A DNA stretch of 49,066 bases from Candidatus Sysuimicrobiota bacterium CSP1-3 (GCA_001443485.1 LDXQ01000007.1:1-49066); one strand, 5' to 3'; shown: positions 37,622-47,673, counted from the first letter of the stretch. Made by a program: numbers and translations. The notes: generated by a model from the letters alone, not told the origin.

Positions 37622-37971
37622 GGCTGCGTTCCTCCCAGTGAGTTCGTCGCCGCTGCCGGCGCCTGCGCCGCGCGGACCGCCCGGCGGATCATCTCCGCCG
37701 AAGGGAGCGGCGAGGGCCGCCCGTCGTCCAGCAGGTAGAGGCGGCAGGTGAGGCGGCCGTCGGCGGCCACCGTCTCCGGCTGGATGTCGCGCCCGTCCAC
37801 GCGGATCGTGGGCGACCCGGGGAAGCGTAGCGCGCGGGCCAGTTCCTCGGTGTCCACGTGGGTCACCTGCACCTCCGCGGCGATCTCGTCCTCGGTCAGG
37901 ACCGCGCGCAGGCGCCGCAGCGCTTCGTCGTGGGAGGGACAGTCCTCCCAGTACAGAAAGTCAATGCGCAT
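37618..37971 (-). CDS. Small thioredoxin-fold protein (DUF2703/DF-type)
   Basis: LYWEDCPSH, FPGSPTIRVDGRDI, CRLY, PLPS; ATGA-coupled to redoxin. Confidence 0.8.
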   Translation of the reverse strand: MRIDFLYWEDCPSHDEALRRLRAVLTEDEIAAEVQVTHVDTEELARALRFPGSPTIRVDGRDIQPETVAADGRLTCRLYLLDDGRPSPLPSAEMIRRAVRAAQAPAAATNSLGGTQP

Positions 37972-38092
37972 GACGTATCTATTATAAACGGGTTCCCTGT
38001 GCCTATCGCGGAAGGAGCCGCCCGCCATCGCCGTCGTCCGCGCCGCCTGGCTTCGCCTGCACGTCATCACGCGCTACCGGGCGCGGACCGCG

Positions 38093-38278
38093 GTGGAGCG
38101 CTGGCAGATCCAGGACCAACTCCGCCTGCGGCTACGGGGTGTTCTGCCGGACGGACGGCCGCATTTCTACGAGACGGCGGCAGGGGAGCTGGCTTTCGTC
38201 CTCTGGGCAGGATGGCGGCCGGCGGTGCACGTCCGCGACGCGCTGCGGCGCATTGACGGCGAGGAGGCGCGGGGGTAA
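38093..38278 (+). CDS. Possible small hypothetical protein or fragment
   Basis: GC3-rich open frame extending upstream to about 37988 without a good start; no recognisable motif. Confidence 0.3.
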   Translation: MERWQIQDQLRLRLRGVLPDGRPHFYETAAGELAFVLWAGWRPAVHVRDALRRIDGEEARG

Positions 38279-38282
38279 CACG

Positions 38283-39074
38283 CTACCGCCGGCAGCTGCC
38301 GTTGAAGCAGTGATTGCTGAAGCGCAGGCTCATTTTGCCCTCCACCCGGCCGATCCCGCGCACGTCCATGGCGGCGTCCATCTTCACCTCGCGCCAGATC
38401 AGGCGGCCCCCGACGTTGGCCCAGTCGAGCTCGGTGCCCACCGGACCCCAGTCGTAGATGAGCTGGAGGCCGTAGTACGTCCCCTGCTCGTCCACGACGG
38501 CGGTGACGATGTACGGACCGCCGGGACGCGTCACCAACTCGCGCTGCCGGGGGAGGTAGAGCCACTTGGCAATCGCGCGGCGCACGTTGACGTCCTTCAG
38601 ATCGCTCGCCCGGCCGTACCGCTGCATCACATCGGTGACGATGTCTTTGCGCACGGCGCCCAGGACGTAGCGGCCGTTGGGGAGTTCCTCGGCGATGAAG
38701 ACGTCATAGTCGTCCAGCAGGGAGAGCGCGCCCTCCTCCCGCTCGATCCGCTGCTCGATCAGGCTCTTCAGGTTGCCCTCGAAGGGCCGCAGGACGAAGG
38801 GCAGGTCCAGCCTGGTGATAGTGACCTGACGCCGCCGCGGCGCGCCGAAGGTGAGCCGCCACTCCCGGTAGGAGCCGGCGGCCCTCGCGGTGATGCGCCC
38901 GGCCCGCCACGTGATTACCACATCCCCGTCGAAGTCGGCCGTGGCATCATACGGCGTCGGCGCGGGGTCGGTGAACATCCGTTGGAGGAGCGTCTCCACC
39001 GGGATGTGGTTCGCCGCCGCCGGCAGAGGCACGGCTAGCGCAAGGACAACAACTCCCAAGATTACGTACCGCAT
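38283..39074 (-). CDS. Secreted hypothetical protein
   Basis: Signal peptide MRYVILGVVVLALAVPLPAAA; host codon usage; no recognised family. Confidence 0.75.
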   Translation of the reverse strand: MRYVILGVVVLALAVPLPAAANHIPVETLLQRMFTDPAPTPYDATADFDGDVVITWRAGRITARAAGSYREWRLTFGAPRRRQVTITRLDLPFVLRPFEGNLKSLIEQRIEREEGALSLLDDYDVFIAEELPNGRYVLGAVRKDIVTDVMQRYGRASDLKDVNVRRAIAKWLYLPRQRELVTRPGGPYIVTAVVDEQGTYYGLQLIYDWGPVGTELDWANVGGRLIWREVKMDAAMDVRGIGRVEGKMSLRFSNHCFNGSCRR

Positions 39075-39309
39075 CGCACGGGCATTATACATGGGAGACC
39101 CGCCGTCTCGTAAATACCCACAGATTGTGATCTCAGGCAGCCGGGGTTGCATCTTCAGAATAACGCATACCGCGGGGGCCGTCTTCCCGCACGGGTCCAC
39201 AGACCCGGCCGCAGCCGGCGCGGGTCCCGGTTTTCCGGGACGGGACCCTTGCCGCAACCTGCTACTATGGGCTGCGGTGACCGAGAACCGAAGCCCCGAG
39301 GTGTTGTCG

Positions 39310-39873
39310 ATGGACGTCCTGGAGTTGATCAAGACCCGCCGCAGCGTCGCCCGGATGAAGCCCGACTCTGTGGATCGGGACCTGATCGAGCGGGTCCTGG
39401 AGGCGGCGGTCTGGGTGCCGAACCACCGGCTGACCGAACCCTGGCAGTTCTTCGTCCTCCAGGGGGAGGCCAAGCGCCGGTTCGCCGAGATCCGGCGAGA
39501 CTTCCGGCGTACCGCACTGCCGAATCCGGACGCGCCGGAGGTACAACCGGCGCTGGAGCGCCTCTATACCGAGACCGTGCAGACGCCGACGATCATCGTG
39601 GTCACCGCGTTCGTGGCCGAGGATGCGGAGACGCGCGAAGAGGACATGTGGGCCACCTTCGCCGCCACCTACGCCCTGATGCTGGGGTCGTGGAGCTTTG
39701 GCGTGGGCACCTACTGGCGGACCGGTCCACTGCGCGACTACCCGCCGTTCCGGGAGTTCCTCGGCCTGCCGGCGGACCGCCGCATCACCGGGGTGCTCTA
39801 CGTCGGCTACCCGGCGGAGATCCCCCAGAAACGCCGCACCCCCCCGGCCGAGAAGACGGTCTGGCTGGAGTAA
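39310..39873 (+). CDS. Nitroreductase family protein (YdjA-like)
   Basis: LIKTRRSV, PNHRLTEPWQF, GVGTYWRTG, LYVGYP; GAGGTG RBS. Confidence 0.9.
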   Translation: MDVLELIKTRRSVARMKPDSVDRDLIERVLEAAVWVPNHRLTEPWQFFVLQGEAKRRFAEIRRDFRRTALPNPDAPEVQPALERLYTETVQTPTIIVVTAFVAEDAETREEDMWATFAATYALMLGSWSFGVGTYWRTGPLRDYPPFREFLGLPADRRITGVLYVGYPAEIPQKRRTPPAEKTVWLE

Positions 39874-39944
39874 CGCGCCCGCGGGGGAGAGGGGGGCACC
39901 TTCCGGGCGACGAATGGACTCCTAATCTTTCCCCAGGGGGGTCA

Positions 39945-40370
39945 ATGGTGGCGGAAGTCGCTCACGTTGAGTACTTGAAGAAGGTGCCCATCTTCAAGAG
40001 TCTGCCGGCCAGAGATCTGGAGGCCGTCGCCCGGTCGCTCAAGGAGCGCGTCTACGAACCCGCTGCGGTGATCGTCAAACAGGGCGATCCCGGCGTCGGG
40101 TTCTTCCTCATCGTCGAGGGGCGGGTGGAGGTGAGCCACGACGGACACCACATCCGCGACATGGGTCCGGGCGAGTTCTTCGGCGAACTGGCGCTGCTCG
40201 AGGAGCGCGTCCGCACCGCCACGGTCACGGCGAAGGAGCGGACGCGCTGCCTGCAGCTGGTGCGCTGGGACTTCCGGGCGCTGATCAAAGAGCACCCCGA
40301 GATGGCGGTCAAGGTCCTGGAGGTCGTCGTCCAGCGGCTCCGCGAGCACCCAGTGCACGAGCACGACTGA
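39945..40370 (+). CDS. Stand-alone cyclic nucleotide-binding domain protein
   Basis: LKKVPIF, IVKQGDPG..FFLIVEG, GEFFGELALL...RTATV; no CRP HTH. Confidence 0.9.
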   Translation: MVAEVAHVEYLKKVPIFKSLPARDLEAVARSLKERVYEPAAVIVKQGDPGVGFFLIVEGRVEVSHDGHHIRDMGPGEFFGELALLEERVRTATVTAKERTRCLQLVRWDFRALIKEHPEMAVKVLEVVVQRLREHPVHEHD

Positions 40371-40379
40371 CCGCATCCA

Positions 40380-41054
40380 GTGGGGGTCTTTGGGGCTCTG
40401 CTCCTGGCGCACCTCCTCGGGGATTTCCCCTGTCAGCCCTACCCGCTGATCCGGTGGAAGATCGCCTCGCTCCGGGGGCTGGCGGTGCACGTCGCCATTC
40501 AGGTGGCGCTGACCCTGCCGGTGCTGATCTGGTTCGTGCCCGCCTGGGGGTGGTGGGCGCTGATCCTGGTATCATCCCACTTCCTGATCGACTGGCTGAA
40601 AGTTCGTCTCACCCGCGCCGGGTGGGTGGAACTCGCCGCCTTCTTTCTCGACCAGGCGGCGCACTTCGCCGTGCTCTGGGTCATTGTCCGCGCCTCGGGC
40701 GCCGCGACAACCTTCGGCGGCGTGACCGCCGAGGTGCTGCGCCTGGGAATCATCCTCGTGCTGGCCATCTACGCCGGGGCGGTGGTGGTCTTTCTGGTGG
40801 GGGCGGCGCTCAAGGGGCCCGACGGCGGGTTCGCCCCGATCCCGTCCCCAGAGCGGTGGCGGGGGACGCTGGAGCGCACCATCATGGTGGTGGGGGTGCT
40901 GCTGCTGCCCGCCGCGATCTGGATTGTCCTGGCCGCCGGGTACGTGCTGGCGGCCGTGCTGCTAAAGCGTGAACGCCAGGTCCTGGTGAAACACATCGTC
41001 AGCGTGACCTGGGCGCTGGCCGTGACCCTCCTCGTGGGTCAGGTCACGGTCTGA
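40380..41054 (+). CDS. DUF3307 domain membrane protein
   Basis: LLAHLLGDF, H, SHFLID, DQAAH conserved His/Asp pattern; G.LER. Confidence 0.8.
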   Translation: MGVFGALLLAHLLGDFPCQPYPLIRWKIASLRGLAVHVAIQVALTLPVLIWFVPAWGWWALILVSSHFLIDWLKVRLTRAGWVELAAFFLDQAAHFAVLWVIVRASGAATTFGGVTAEVLRLGIILVLAIYAGAVVVFLVGAALKGPDGGFAPIPSPERWRGTLERTIMVVGVLLLPAAIWIVLAAGYVLAAVLLKRERQVLVKHIVSVTWALAVTLLVGQVTV

Positions 41055-41075
41055 AGGACGAAGCGGAGGGATCTG

Positions 41076-42068
41076 ATGGCCCGCCCGAAGATCTACGTCT
41101 GCCGCCCGCTGCCCGAGAAGGCGCTGGCCCTGCTGCGGGGACGTACGGAGATGCGGCTCTGGGAGCAGAACGAGATCCCGCCGCCGCGCGAGGTGCTGCT
41201 CCGGGAGGTCGCCGACATCGACGGCCTGCTCTCCCTGCTGACCGATCGCGTCGACGGGGAACTGCTCGACCGCGCGCCCCGGTTGCGCGTGGTCTCCAAT
41301 TACGCGGTGGGGTTTGACAACATCGACGTCCCGGCGGCGACCCAGCACGGCGTCGTCGTCACCAACACCCCCGGCGTGCTCACCGAGACCGTGGCCGACT
41401 TCGCCATGACGCTGATCCTGGCCACCGCCCGCCGCGTAGTGGAGGCGGACAAGTACACGCGGGCGAACCTCTGGCGCTCCTGGGAGCCGATGCTCTTCCT
41501 GGGCCAGGACGTGCACGGCGCGACGTTGGGATTGATCGGGCTGGGCCGCATCGGCAGCGCCGTGGCCCGCCGGGCCAGAGGCTTCAACATGCGCATCCTC
41601 TACCACGACGTGATCCGGCGCGAGGACCTGGAGGGCGAACTGGGGATCGAGTACCGGCCGTTCGAGGAGGTGCTGCGGGAGGCGGACTTCGTCAGCGTCC
41701 ATGTGCCGCTGATGCCGGAGACGCGCCATCTCATCGGCCGGGAGCAGTTGAAGATGATGAAGCGCACCGCCGTCCTGGTGAATACCGCCCGCGGGCCGAT
41801 CGTGGACACCCTGGCCCTGGCGGAGGCGCTGCGCGAGGGGTGGATCTGGGCCGCCGGGCTTGACGTCTTCGAGAAGGAGCCCATAGAGCCCGACCACCCG
41901 CTGCTCGCCCTGGACAACGTCATCGTCGTGCCGCACATCGCCAGCGCCAGCATCGAGACCCGGACGAAGATGGCGGTGATGGCGGCGGAGAACCTGCTGG
42001 CGGTGCTGGAGGGGCGGCGCCCGCCCAACCCGGTCAACCCGGAGGTGCTGGCGGGCGGGCGGCCGTGA
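41076..42068 (+). CDS. gyaR: Glyoxylate reductase / D-glycerate dehydrogenase
   Basis: [48 protein letters not shown]. Confidence 0.9.
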   Translation: MARPKIYVCRPLPEKALALLRGRTEMRLWEQNEIPPPREVLLREVADIDGLLSLLTDRVDGELLDRAPRLRVVSNYAVGFDNIDVPAATQHGVVVTNTPGVLTETVADFAMTLILATARRVVEADKYTRANLWRSWEPMLFLGQDVHGATLGLIGLGRIGSAVARRARGFNMRILYHDVIRREDLEGELGIEYRPFEEVLREADFVSVHVPLMPETRHLIGREQLKMMKRTAVLVNTARGPIVDTLALAEALREGWIWAAGLDVFEKEPIEPDHPLLALDNVIVVPHIASASIETRTKMAVMAAENLLAVLEGRRPPNPVNPEVLAGGRP

Positions 42069-42153
42069 GGGCAGGACTGGCCGGGCGGTTCCCGAAATAG
42101 GGGGGCGTATCCCCTGCGTGTTTGTCCGGCGGTATTCGAAGGGAGGGGTTGGA

Positions 42154-43767
42154 TTGAGGTATCGGTTTCGTATCCTGGTTCCCGTTCTACTGTTGACGGC
42201 GGCGCTGCTGATCGCCCCCGTGAACCTGCAGGGCGCGGCGATGGCCCGGACGTCCTGGGACGCCAAAGCCTGCGGGGCTACCGGTGGCACACTGGTCTTC
42301 GCGCAGGCCGACGACGCGGTGTCGCTCGACCCGAACGACATCGAAGACGGGTTCTCCGTCAACATCGACTCGAACATGTTTGACACGCTGGTGCGTTTCC
42401 GGGCGGACGGCACGCAGGTGGAGCCGTCGCTGGCCGAATCGTGGAGCGTTTCCGCCGACGGCAAGACCTGGACCTTCAAGCTGCGCGCCGGCGTGAAGTT
42501 CCACGACGGCACGCCGTTCAACGCCGAGGCCGTGAAGTTTACCTACGATCGGCAGATCAACAACAAGCACCCCTACTTCCCCGGCGCGGCGCCCTACGCC
42601 AGCTTCTCCTATCAGAACGTGACCAAGGTGGACGCAGTGGACGCGCAGACCGTGCGCTTCAACTTGAGCGCGCCGTTCGCGCCGTTCCTGACCAATATGG
42701 CTATGTTCTCGACGGCCATCGTCAGCCCGACCGCCGTGAAGAAGTACGGCAAGGACTTCTTCAAGAACCCGGTGGGCACGGGGCCGTTCCGCTTCGTCGA
42801 GTGGGTGAAGAAAGACCACGTCACGATGGCCGCTAACCAGGATTACTGGGCGGGGCGGCCCTGCGTGGACCGGCTGATCGCGCGGGCGATCCCGGACAAC
42901 ACCGTGCGGTTGCTGGAGCTGGAGAACAGGAGCGTCCACGTGATCGACCAGGTGAACCCGCCGGACTACGAGCGCATCCGCAAGAACAAGGACCTGGTCC
43001 TCTTCACCGGACCGGGGCTGAACACCGGCTACATCGCGCTGAATGTGGAGAAATCCCCGTTCAACGACGTGCGCATTCGCCGCGCGGTCAACTACGCCGT
43101 GAACAAGGCGGCGCTCATCCGCGCCTTCTACGCTGGCGTGGGCGCGCCGGCGAAGAACCCGATCCCGCCGACCATCTGGAGCTACAACGACGCCGTGCCC
43201 GCCTACGAGTACAGCGTCGAGAAGGCCAAGCAGTTGCTGGCCGAGGCCGGCTATCCCAATGGCTTCTCTACCGAACTGTGGTGGCCGAACCGTGCCCGCC
43301 CCTACCTGACGCAGCCGCCGAAGATCGCCGAGGCGCTGCAGGCCCAGCTGGCCGCGGCGGGTATTCGGGCCAGGCTCGTCACCTTTGAGTGGGGGACATA
43401 CCTGGAGAAGATTCGCAACGCCGAGCACTCCATGGCGATCATCGGGTGGATCGGCGACAACGGCGATCCCGACAACTTCCTCTACGTCCTGCTGGACAAG
43501 GACAACGCCGAGAAAGGGAAGGCGAACAACTACGCCTTCTACAAGAGCGAAGCCGTCCACAGCCTCTTGATCAAGGCGCAACAGGTCGGCGAGCAGAGCC
43601 AGCGCGCTGCGCTCTACCGCCAGGCCCAGGTGATCATTCACAACGACGCGCCGTGGGTGCCGCTGGTGCACGCGGCGCGGGTGGCAGCCTACCGCAAGGC
43701 GGTGCAGAACTACTTCCCGCACCCCCTGGAGATCCGCTGGCTGCACCGCGTCTGGCTCGCCCGCTAG
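42154..43767 (+). CDS. Peptide ABC transporter substrate-binding protein (DppA-like)
   Basis: SLDP, LAESW.VS.DG, GVKFHDGTPFNAEAV, PVGTGPF, NRARPY, GWIGDNGDPDNF; GGGAGGGG RBS before TTG. Confidence 0.9.
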   Translation: MRYRFRILVPVLLLTAALLIAPVNLQGAAMARTSWDAKACGATGGTLVFAQADDAVSLDPNDIEDGFSVNIDSNMFDTLVRFRADGTQVEPSLAESWSVSADGKTWTFKLRAGVKFHDGTPFNAEAVKFTYDRQINNKHPYFPGAAPYASFSYQNVTKVDAVDAQTVRFNLSAPFAPFLTNMAMFSTAIVSPTAVKKYGKDFFKNPVGTGPFRFVEWVKKDHVTMAANQDYWAGRPCVDRLIARAIPDNTVRLLELENRSVHVIDQVNPPDYERIRKNKDLVLFTGPGLNTGYIALNVEKSPFNDVRIRRAVNYAVNKAALIRAFYAGVGAPAKNPIPPTIWSYNDAVPAYEYSVEKAKQLLAEAGYPNGFSTELWWPNRARPYLTQPPKIAEALQAQLAAAGIRARLVTFEWGTYLEKIRNAEHSMAIIGWIGDNGDPDNFLYVLLDKDNAEKGKANNYAFYKSEAVHSLLIKAQQVGEQSQRAALYRQAQVIIHNDAPWVPLVHAARVAAYRKAVQNYFPHPLEIRWLHRVWLAR

Positions 43768-43786
43768 CGCGTCCGATATTGCAGGC

Positions 43787-43820
43787 GAGGGGCCGGAGGG
43801 CGCGTGTCCTCCGGCCTCTT
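43787..43820 (+). other. Hairpin between peptide SBP and permease genes
   Basis: GAGGGGCCGGAGG / CCTCCGGCCTCTT inverted repeat. Confidence 0.55.
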
Positions 43821-43841
43821 CGCATGCTAGCATGACCACGG

Positions 43842-44846
43842 ATGGGCAGGTATCTGGGGCGCCGCCTCCTCGAACTGATTCCGGTTTTCTTCGGAGTCCT
43901 GCTGGTCGTCTTCATCATCACCCGTCTCACCCCCGGCGATCCGGCGGTGGTGATGCTGGGCGAGAAAGCCACGCCCGAGGCCGTGGCCCGCCTGCGCGAG
44001 GTCCTCGGCCTGAACGAACCCCTGCCCGTACAATTCCTCCGCTACCTGGGGCGCACCGTGCAGGGAGACCTCGGCCGGTCCATCCAGAGCAACGAGCGCG
44101 TTCTCGTCGAACTGATCGCCCGGTTCCCGGCGACCATCGAACTGACCTTCGCCGCGATGCTCATCGCCTCAGGCGTCGGCATCCTCACCGGGGTCATCGC
44201 CGCGGCCCGGCAGAACTCCTGGTTCGACGGGGTGAGCATGATCACGGCGCTCTTTGGCTTCTCCATGCCGATCTTCTGGCTGGGGATCATGCTCATTCTG
44301 CTCTTCGCCTCCTACCTCGGCTGGTTTCCGATCTCCGGTCGGCTGGACTACACGATCGACCTCGCCCGGCAGACGAATCTTTACTTCGTGGATGCCTTGC
44401 TCGCGCGCAACTGGGCGGCCGCCGCCAACGTCCTGCGCCACCTCGTCCTCCCAGCGGTGACGCTCTCGACCGTGCCGCTGGCGATCATCGCCCGGATGAC
44501 CCGCAGCAGCCTGCTGGAGGTGCTGCGCCAGGACTACGTGCGCACCGCGCGGGCGAAGGGACTGACGGAGGGCGGGGTGATCGCGCGCCATGCGCTGCGC
44601 AACGCCTTCATCCCCGTGATTACGGTGATCGGGCTGAACGTCGGCAGCCTGCTGGGCGGCGCGATCCTCACCGAGACCATCTTTGCCTGGCCGGGCATCG
44701 GCCGCCTGGTGGTGGACGCGATCTTCGCCCGGGATTATCCGCTGGTCCAGGGCGCGGTCCTGGTCATCGCCCTCCTCTTCGTCCTGGTGAACCTGCTGGT
44801 GGACCTCTCCTACGCCTATCTCGACCCCCGGATCCGCTATGGCTGA
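43842..44846 (+). CDS. Peptide ABC transporter permease (DppB-like)
   Basis: PGDPA, SMPIFWLG, DYVRTARAKGL, HALRNA, ETIFAWPGIG, DPRIRY. Confidence 0.92.
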   Translation: MGRYLGRRLLELIPVFFGVLLVVFIITRLTPGDPAVVMLGEKATPEAVARLREVLGLNEPLPVQFLRYLGRTVQGDLGRSIQSNERVLVELIARFPATIELTFAAMLIASGVGILTGVIAAARQNSWFDGVSMITALFGFSMPIFWLGIMLILLFASYLGWFPISGRLDYTIDLARQTNLYFVDALLARNWAAAANVLRHLVLPAVTLSTVPLAIIARMTRSSLLEVLRQDYVRTARAKGLTEGGVIARHALRNAFIPVITVIGLNVGSLLGGAILTETIFAWPGIGRLVVDAIFARDYPLVQGAVLVIALLFVLVNLLVDLSYAYLDPRIRYG

Positions 44847-45729
44847 ACGGGCGGCGCTTCTGGGCCGTCCCGCGGCCCCGCGGGCGGCCACGGGGTTTTA
44901 CGGCGACGCTTGGCGCCGCCTCCGGCGCAACCGTGCGGCCATGGGTGGACTGGGCGTCGTGCTCGTCTTTGGCCTCGCCGCCGTGTTCGCGTCCCTGGTG
45001 GCACCGGCCGATCCGATCGCCCAGGATCTCGATGCCCGCCTGCTGCCGCCCACGCGCGCCCACCTGCTGGGTACGGATGACCTGGGGCGCGACCTCCTCT
45101 CGCGGATCATCTACGGCGGCCGCGTGTCGCTCACGGTGGGCATCGTCTCGGTGGGCTTGGCCCTGGCGATCGGCACGCTGCTCGGACTGATCGGCGGCTA
45201 CTATGGTCGCTGGGCCGACAGCGTGACCATGCGAACGATGGACATCATGCTGGCCTTCCCGGCGACGCTGCTGGCGATCTTCATCGTCGGCGTGCGCGGG
45301 CCCGGGCTGAATAATGCGATGCTGGCGATCGGCGTGATCAATATCCCGATCTTCGCCCGCATCGTCCGGGGGTCGGTGCTGCGCGTGCGCCAGGAGGACT
45401 TCGTGGAGGCGGCCCGCGCGCTGGGCGCGAGCCACGCGCGCATCCTGGGCCGGCACATCCTGCCCAACACCCTGGCGCCCCTGATCGTGCAGGCGACGCT
45501 GGGCGTGGGGTCGGCGGTGCTGGAGGCCGCGGGGCTCTCCTTCCTGGGGTTGGGCGCGCAGGCACCGACGCCGGAGTGGGGGGCGATGCTGACGAACACC
45601 CGGGAGTTCCTGCGGGACGCCCCCTGGGCGGCGACCTTCCCGGGGATCGCCATCCTGCTGACCGTGGTCGGCTTCAACCTGCTGGGCGACGGGCTGCGCG
45701 ACTCCCTCGATCCCCGGCTGCGCCAGTAG
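44839..45729 (+). CDS. Peptide ABC transporter permease (DppC-like)
   Basis: HLLGTDDLGRD, FVEAARALGAS, LSFLGLG, FNLLGDGLRDSLDPR. Confidence 0.92.
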   Translation: MAERAALLGRPAAPRAATGFYGDAWRRLRRNRAAMGGLGVVLVFGLAAVFASLVAPADPIAQDLDARLLPPTRAHLLGTDDLGRDLLSRIIYGGRVSLTVGIVSVGLALAIGTLLGLIGGYYGRWADSVTMRTMDIMLAFPATLLAIFIVGVRGPGLNNAMLAIGVINIPIFARIVRGSVLRVRQEDFVEAARALGASHARILGRHILPNTLAPLIVQATLGVGSAVLEAAGLSFLGLGAQAPTPEWGAMLTNTREFLRDAPWAATFPGIAILLTVVGFNLLGDGLRDSLDPRLRQ

Positions 45730-45750
45730 CCCTTCCCGAACGAACGCCCC

Positions 45751-46569
45751 TCAGTGCTTGCCGCGGGAGGCCCAGCGCTCGATCCCACGCACGCCCACCG
45801 AACCGATCAGACTCATCGACAGATAGAGGAGGGCCACCATGTTGTAGGTCTGGAAGGAGCGGAAGGTCCGCGCGTTCAGCAGTTGCCCCGAGTAGGTCAG
45901 CTCCTGCACCGAGATTATCGACGCCAGGGACGAGTCCTTCAACATGGAGATGAAGTCGTTGGCCAGCGGCGGGAGGATCACGCGGACCGCCTGCGGCAGG
46001 ACGATGAAGCGCATGGCCTGCCAGTAGGTCAGGCCGACGGAGCGGGCCGCCTCCATCTGCCCGCGGGGAATGGACTCGATCCCGGCGCGGTAGATCTCCG
46101 CCAGGTAGGCCCCGTAGCCGATGCCCAGGCCCAGCGTCGCCCGCACGATGTCGTTGCGCAGCCAGCGGATCCCCGTCAGGTCGGAGAGCGCCGGCGTCAG
46201 GACGAAGGCGATGTAGAGTAGTTGGACCAATAGGGGAACGCCGCGGATGACCTCGATGTAGAGCCGCGCAATCGTATAAGGCACCGGGTGCCGGGAGAGC
46301 TGCGCCAGGGCCGCGAAGAGCCCCAGGACCATCGCCGCCGCGTAGGCGAGGACGGCCAGCCGGATCGTCATGACCACGCCCGAGGCGAGAAAGTGGTAGG
46401 TCTCGATGTAGATCGGGGAGTTGAGGATGCCGTAGAGCGCCAGCAGCCCGCCGATGACCAGGACCACGGCCCACCAGGGTACACGCTGGAGAATATCGGC
46501 GGGGAGCAGCCGTCCCTGACCGGGGAGGGGAGGGGTGGCGTCGGACGGGGTTGTCGGAGACGGGCTCAT
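45751..46569 (-). CDS. Polar amino acid ABC transporter permease
   Basis: RGVPLLVQL, AYLAEIYRAGIESIPRGQMEAARSVG, LKDSSL. Confidence 0.92.
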   Translation of the reverse strand: MSPSPTTPSDATPPLPGQGRLLPADILQRVPWWAVVLVIGGLLALYGILNSPIYIETYHFLASGVVMTIRLAVLAYAAAMVLGLFAALAQLSRHPVPYTIARLYIEVIRGVPLLVQLLYIAFVLTPALSDLTGIRWLRNDIVRATLGLGIGYGAYLAEIYRAGIESIPRGQMEAARSVGLTYWQAMRFIVLPQAVRVILPPLANDFISMLKDSSLASIISVQELTYSGQLLNARTFRSFQTYNMVALLYLSMSLIGSVGVRGIERWASRGKH

Positions 46570-46590
46570 GCAGGGTGGAAAAGTTCGGGT

Positions 46591-46614
46591 GCGGGGAGAA
46601 GACTCCCTCCCCGC
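46591..46614 (-). other. Hairpin between amino-acid SBP and permease genes
   Basis: GCGGGGAG / CTCCCCGC inverted repeat. Confidence 0.45.
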
Positions 46615-46656
46615 CCCCGCACGACGGTTACCGACCGGCTGACGGGGCCGGCTCGC

Positions 46657-47478
46657 CTACGACGGCTTCCACTCCACGAACCACTTCTGGTAGAGCGTGT
46701 CCAGGAAACCGTTCTCCTTCAGTACCTTGAGGGCGGCGTTGAAGGCGTCCTGCAGCTCCTTGTCGCCTTCGCGCACAACAATCCCCAGTCCCTCGCTCGT
46801 GAGCTTCTCGCCGACCACCTTCAGCTTGCCGGGGTTGGTGCCCATGTAGCCGGCGGCACCGACGCTATCGATCAGGACGGCGTCCGCATCCTTCTGCAGC
46901 AGCGACTGCACGGCCAGGTCAAAGGTGGGGAAGCGCTTGACTTCCTTGATCTTCCCCTCGCTCTGCATCTTCGAGGCCAGTTCGTCGTTGGTCGTGCCCT
47001 TCTGCACGGTGACGACCTTGTCCGCCAGATCGTCGGCGCTGTTGATGCGGTCCTCGTCGGTGCGCACCAGGACCACCTGTCCCACCTCGATGTAGGGGGT
47101 GGTGAAGTCCATGGTCTTGTCGCGTTCCTCGGTGACGGTCACGCCGGAAATGACGGTGTCGTAGTCGCCCTTCTGCAAGGCCGGGAAGATGCCGTCCCAG
47201 GCCGTGCTCTTGATGTCGGCCTGGCAGTTGGCCAGCTTGCAGATCTCGGTGATCAAGTCGATGTCGTACCCGATGATGTTCTTGTCTTTGTCCAGCAACT
47301 CAAACGGTGGGTAGGTCGCGTCGGTGGCCACGCGGATCGTTTTCCCACCCAGATCCGGAACCTGTGCGGCCGGCTGCGGCGCGGGCGCCGGCTGCTGCGC
47401 CTGCTGGCGCTGGCAGCCCGCGGCGACGAGCGCCACCGCCACCAGGATAACCGCGAACAACCCCGCGTATCTGCGCAT
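46657..47478 (-). CDS. Basic/polar amino acid ABC transporter substrate-binding lipoprotein
   Basis: Lipobox AAGC; DATYPPFE, GYDID, QKGTT; GGGAGGGGG RBS. Confidence 0.92.
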   Translation of the reverse strand: MRRYAGLFAVILVAVALVAAGCQRQQAQQPAPAPQPAAQVPDLGGKTIRVATDATYPPFELLDKDKNIIGYDIDLITEICKLANCQADIKSTAWDGIFPALQKGDYDTVISGVTVTEERDKTMDFTTPYIEVGQVVLVRTDEDRINSADDLADKVVTVQKGTTNDELASKMQSEGKIKEVKRFPTFDLAVQSLLQKDADAVLIDSVGAAGYMGTNPGKLKVVGEKLTSEGLGIVVREGDKELQDAFNAALKVLKENGFLDTLYQKWFVEWKPS

Positions 47479-47673
47479 AGCTCCCCCTCCCTGAGATGAG
47501 GCTGATGACGTCCTCAGCACGTCGTGAGTTGGAATGCTGTGTATTTCTTTGGCCTGCGGTAATCTCCTCTCCTATGGGGGCAGGGACGGCCCCGGGCGCC
47601 TGCCTCCTCGACGGACAACGCGCCTGGGATATACTGGAGGGCGGTTCGACCCTCACGTTGCGAGGTGGTCGGT

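Noticed and set aside
47479-47580. CTGATGA (hammerhead-like) on plus and GGAGAG...CCGCAGG...TCTCAGG (glycine-riboswitch-like) on minus
   Set aside because: No GAAA after stem II for a hammerhead; glycine aptamer P2/P3 pairing cannot be built.
47637-47660. Hairpin GAGGG-CGGTTCGA-CCCTC before the ECF S gene, resembling a preQ1-I aptamer
   Set aside because: Lacks the A-rich 3' tail (AAAAAACTA) required for preQ1-I.
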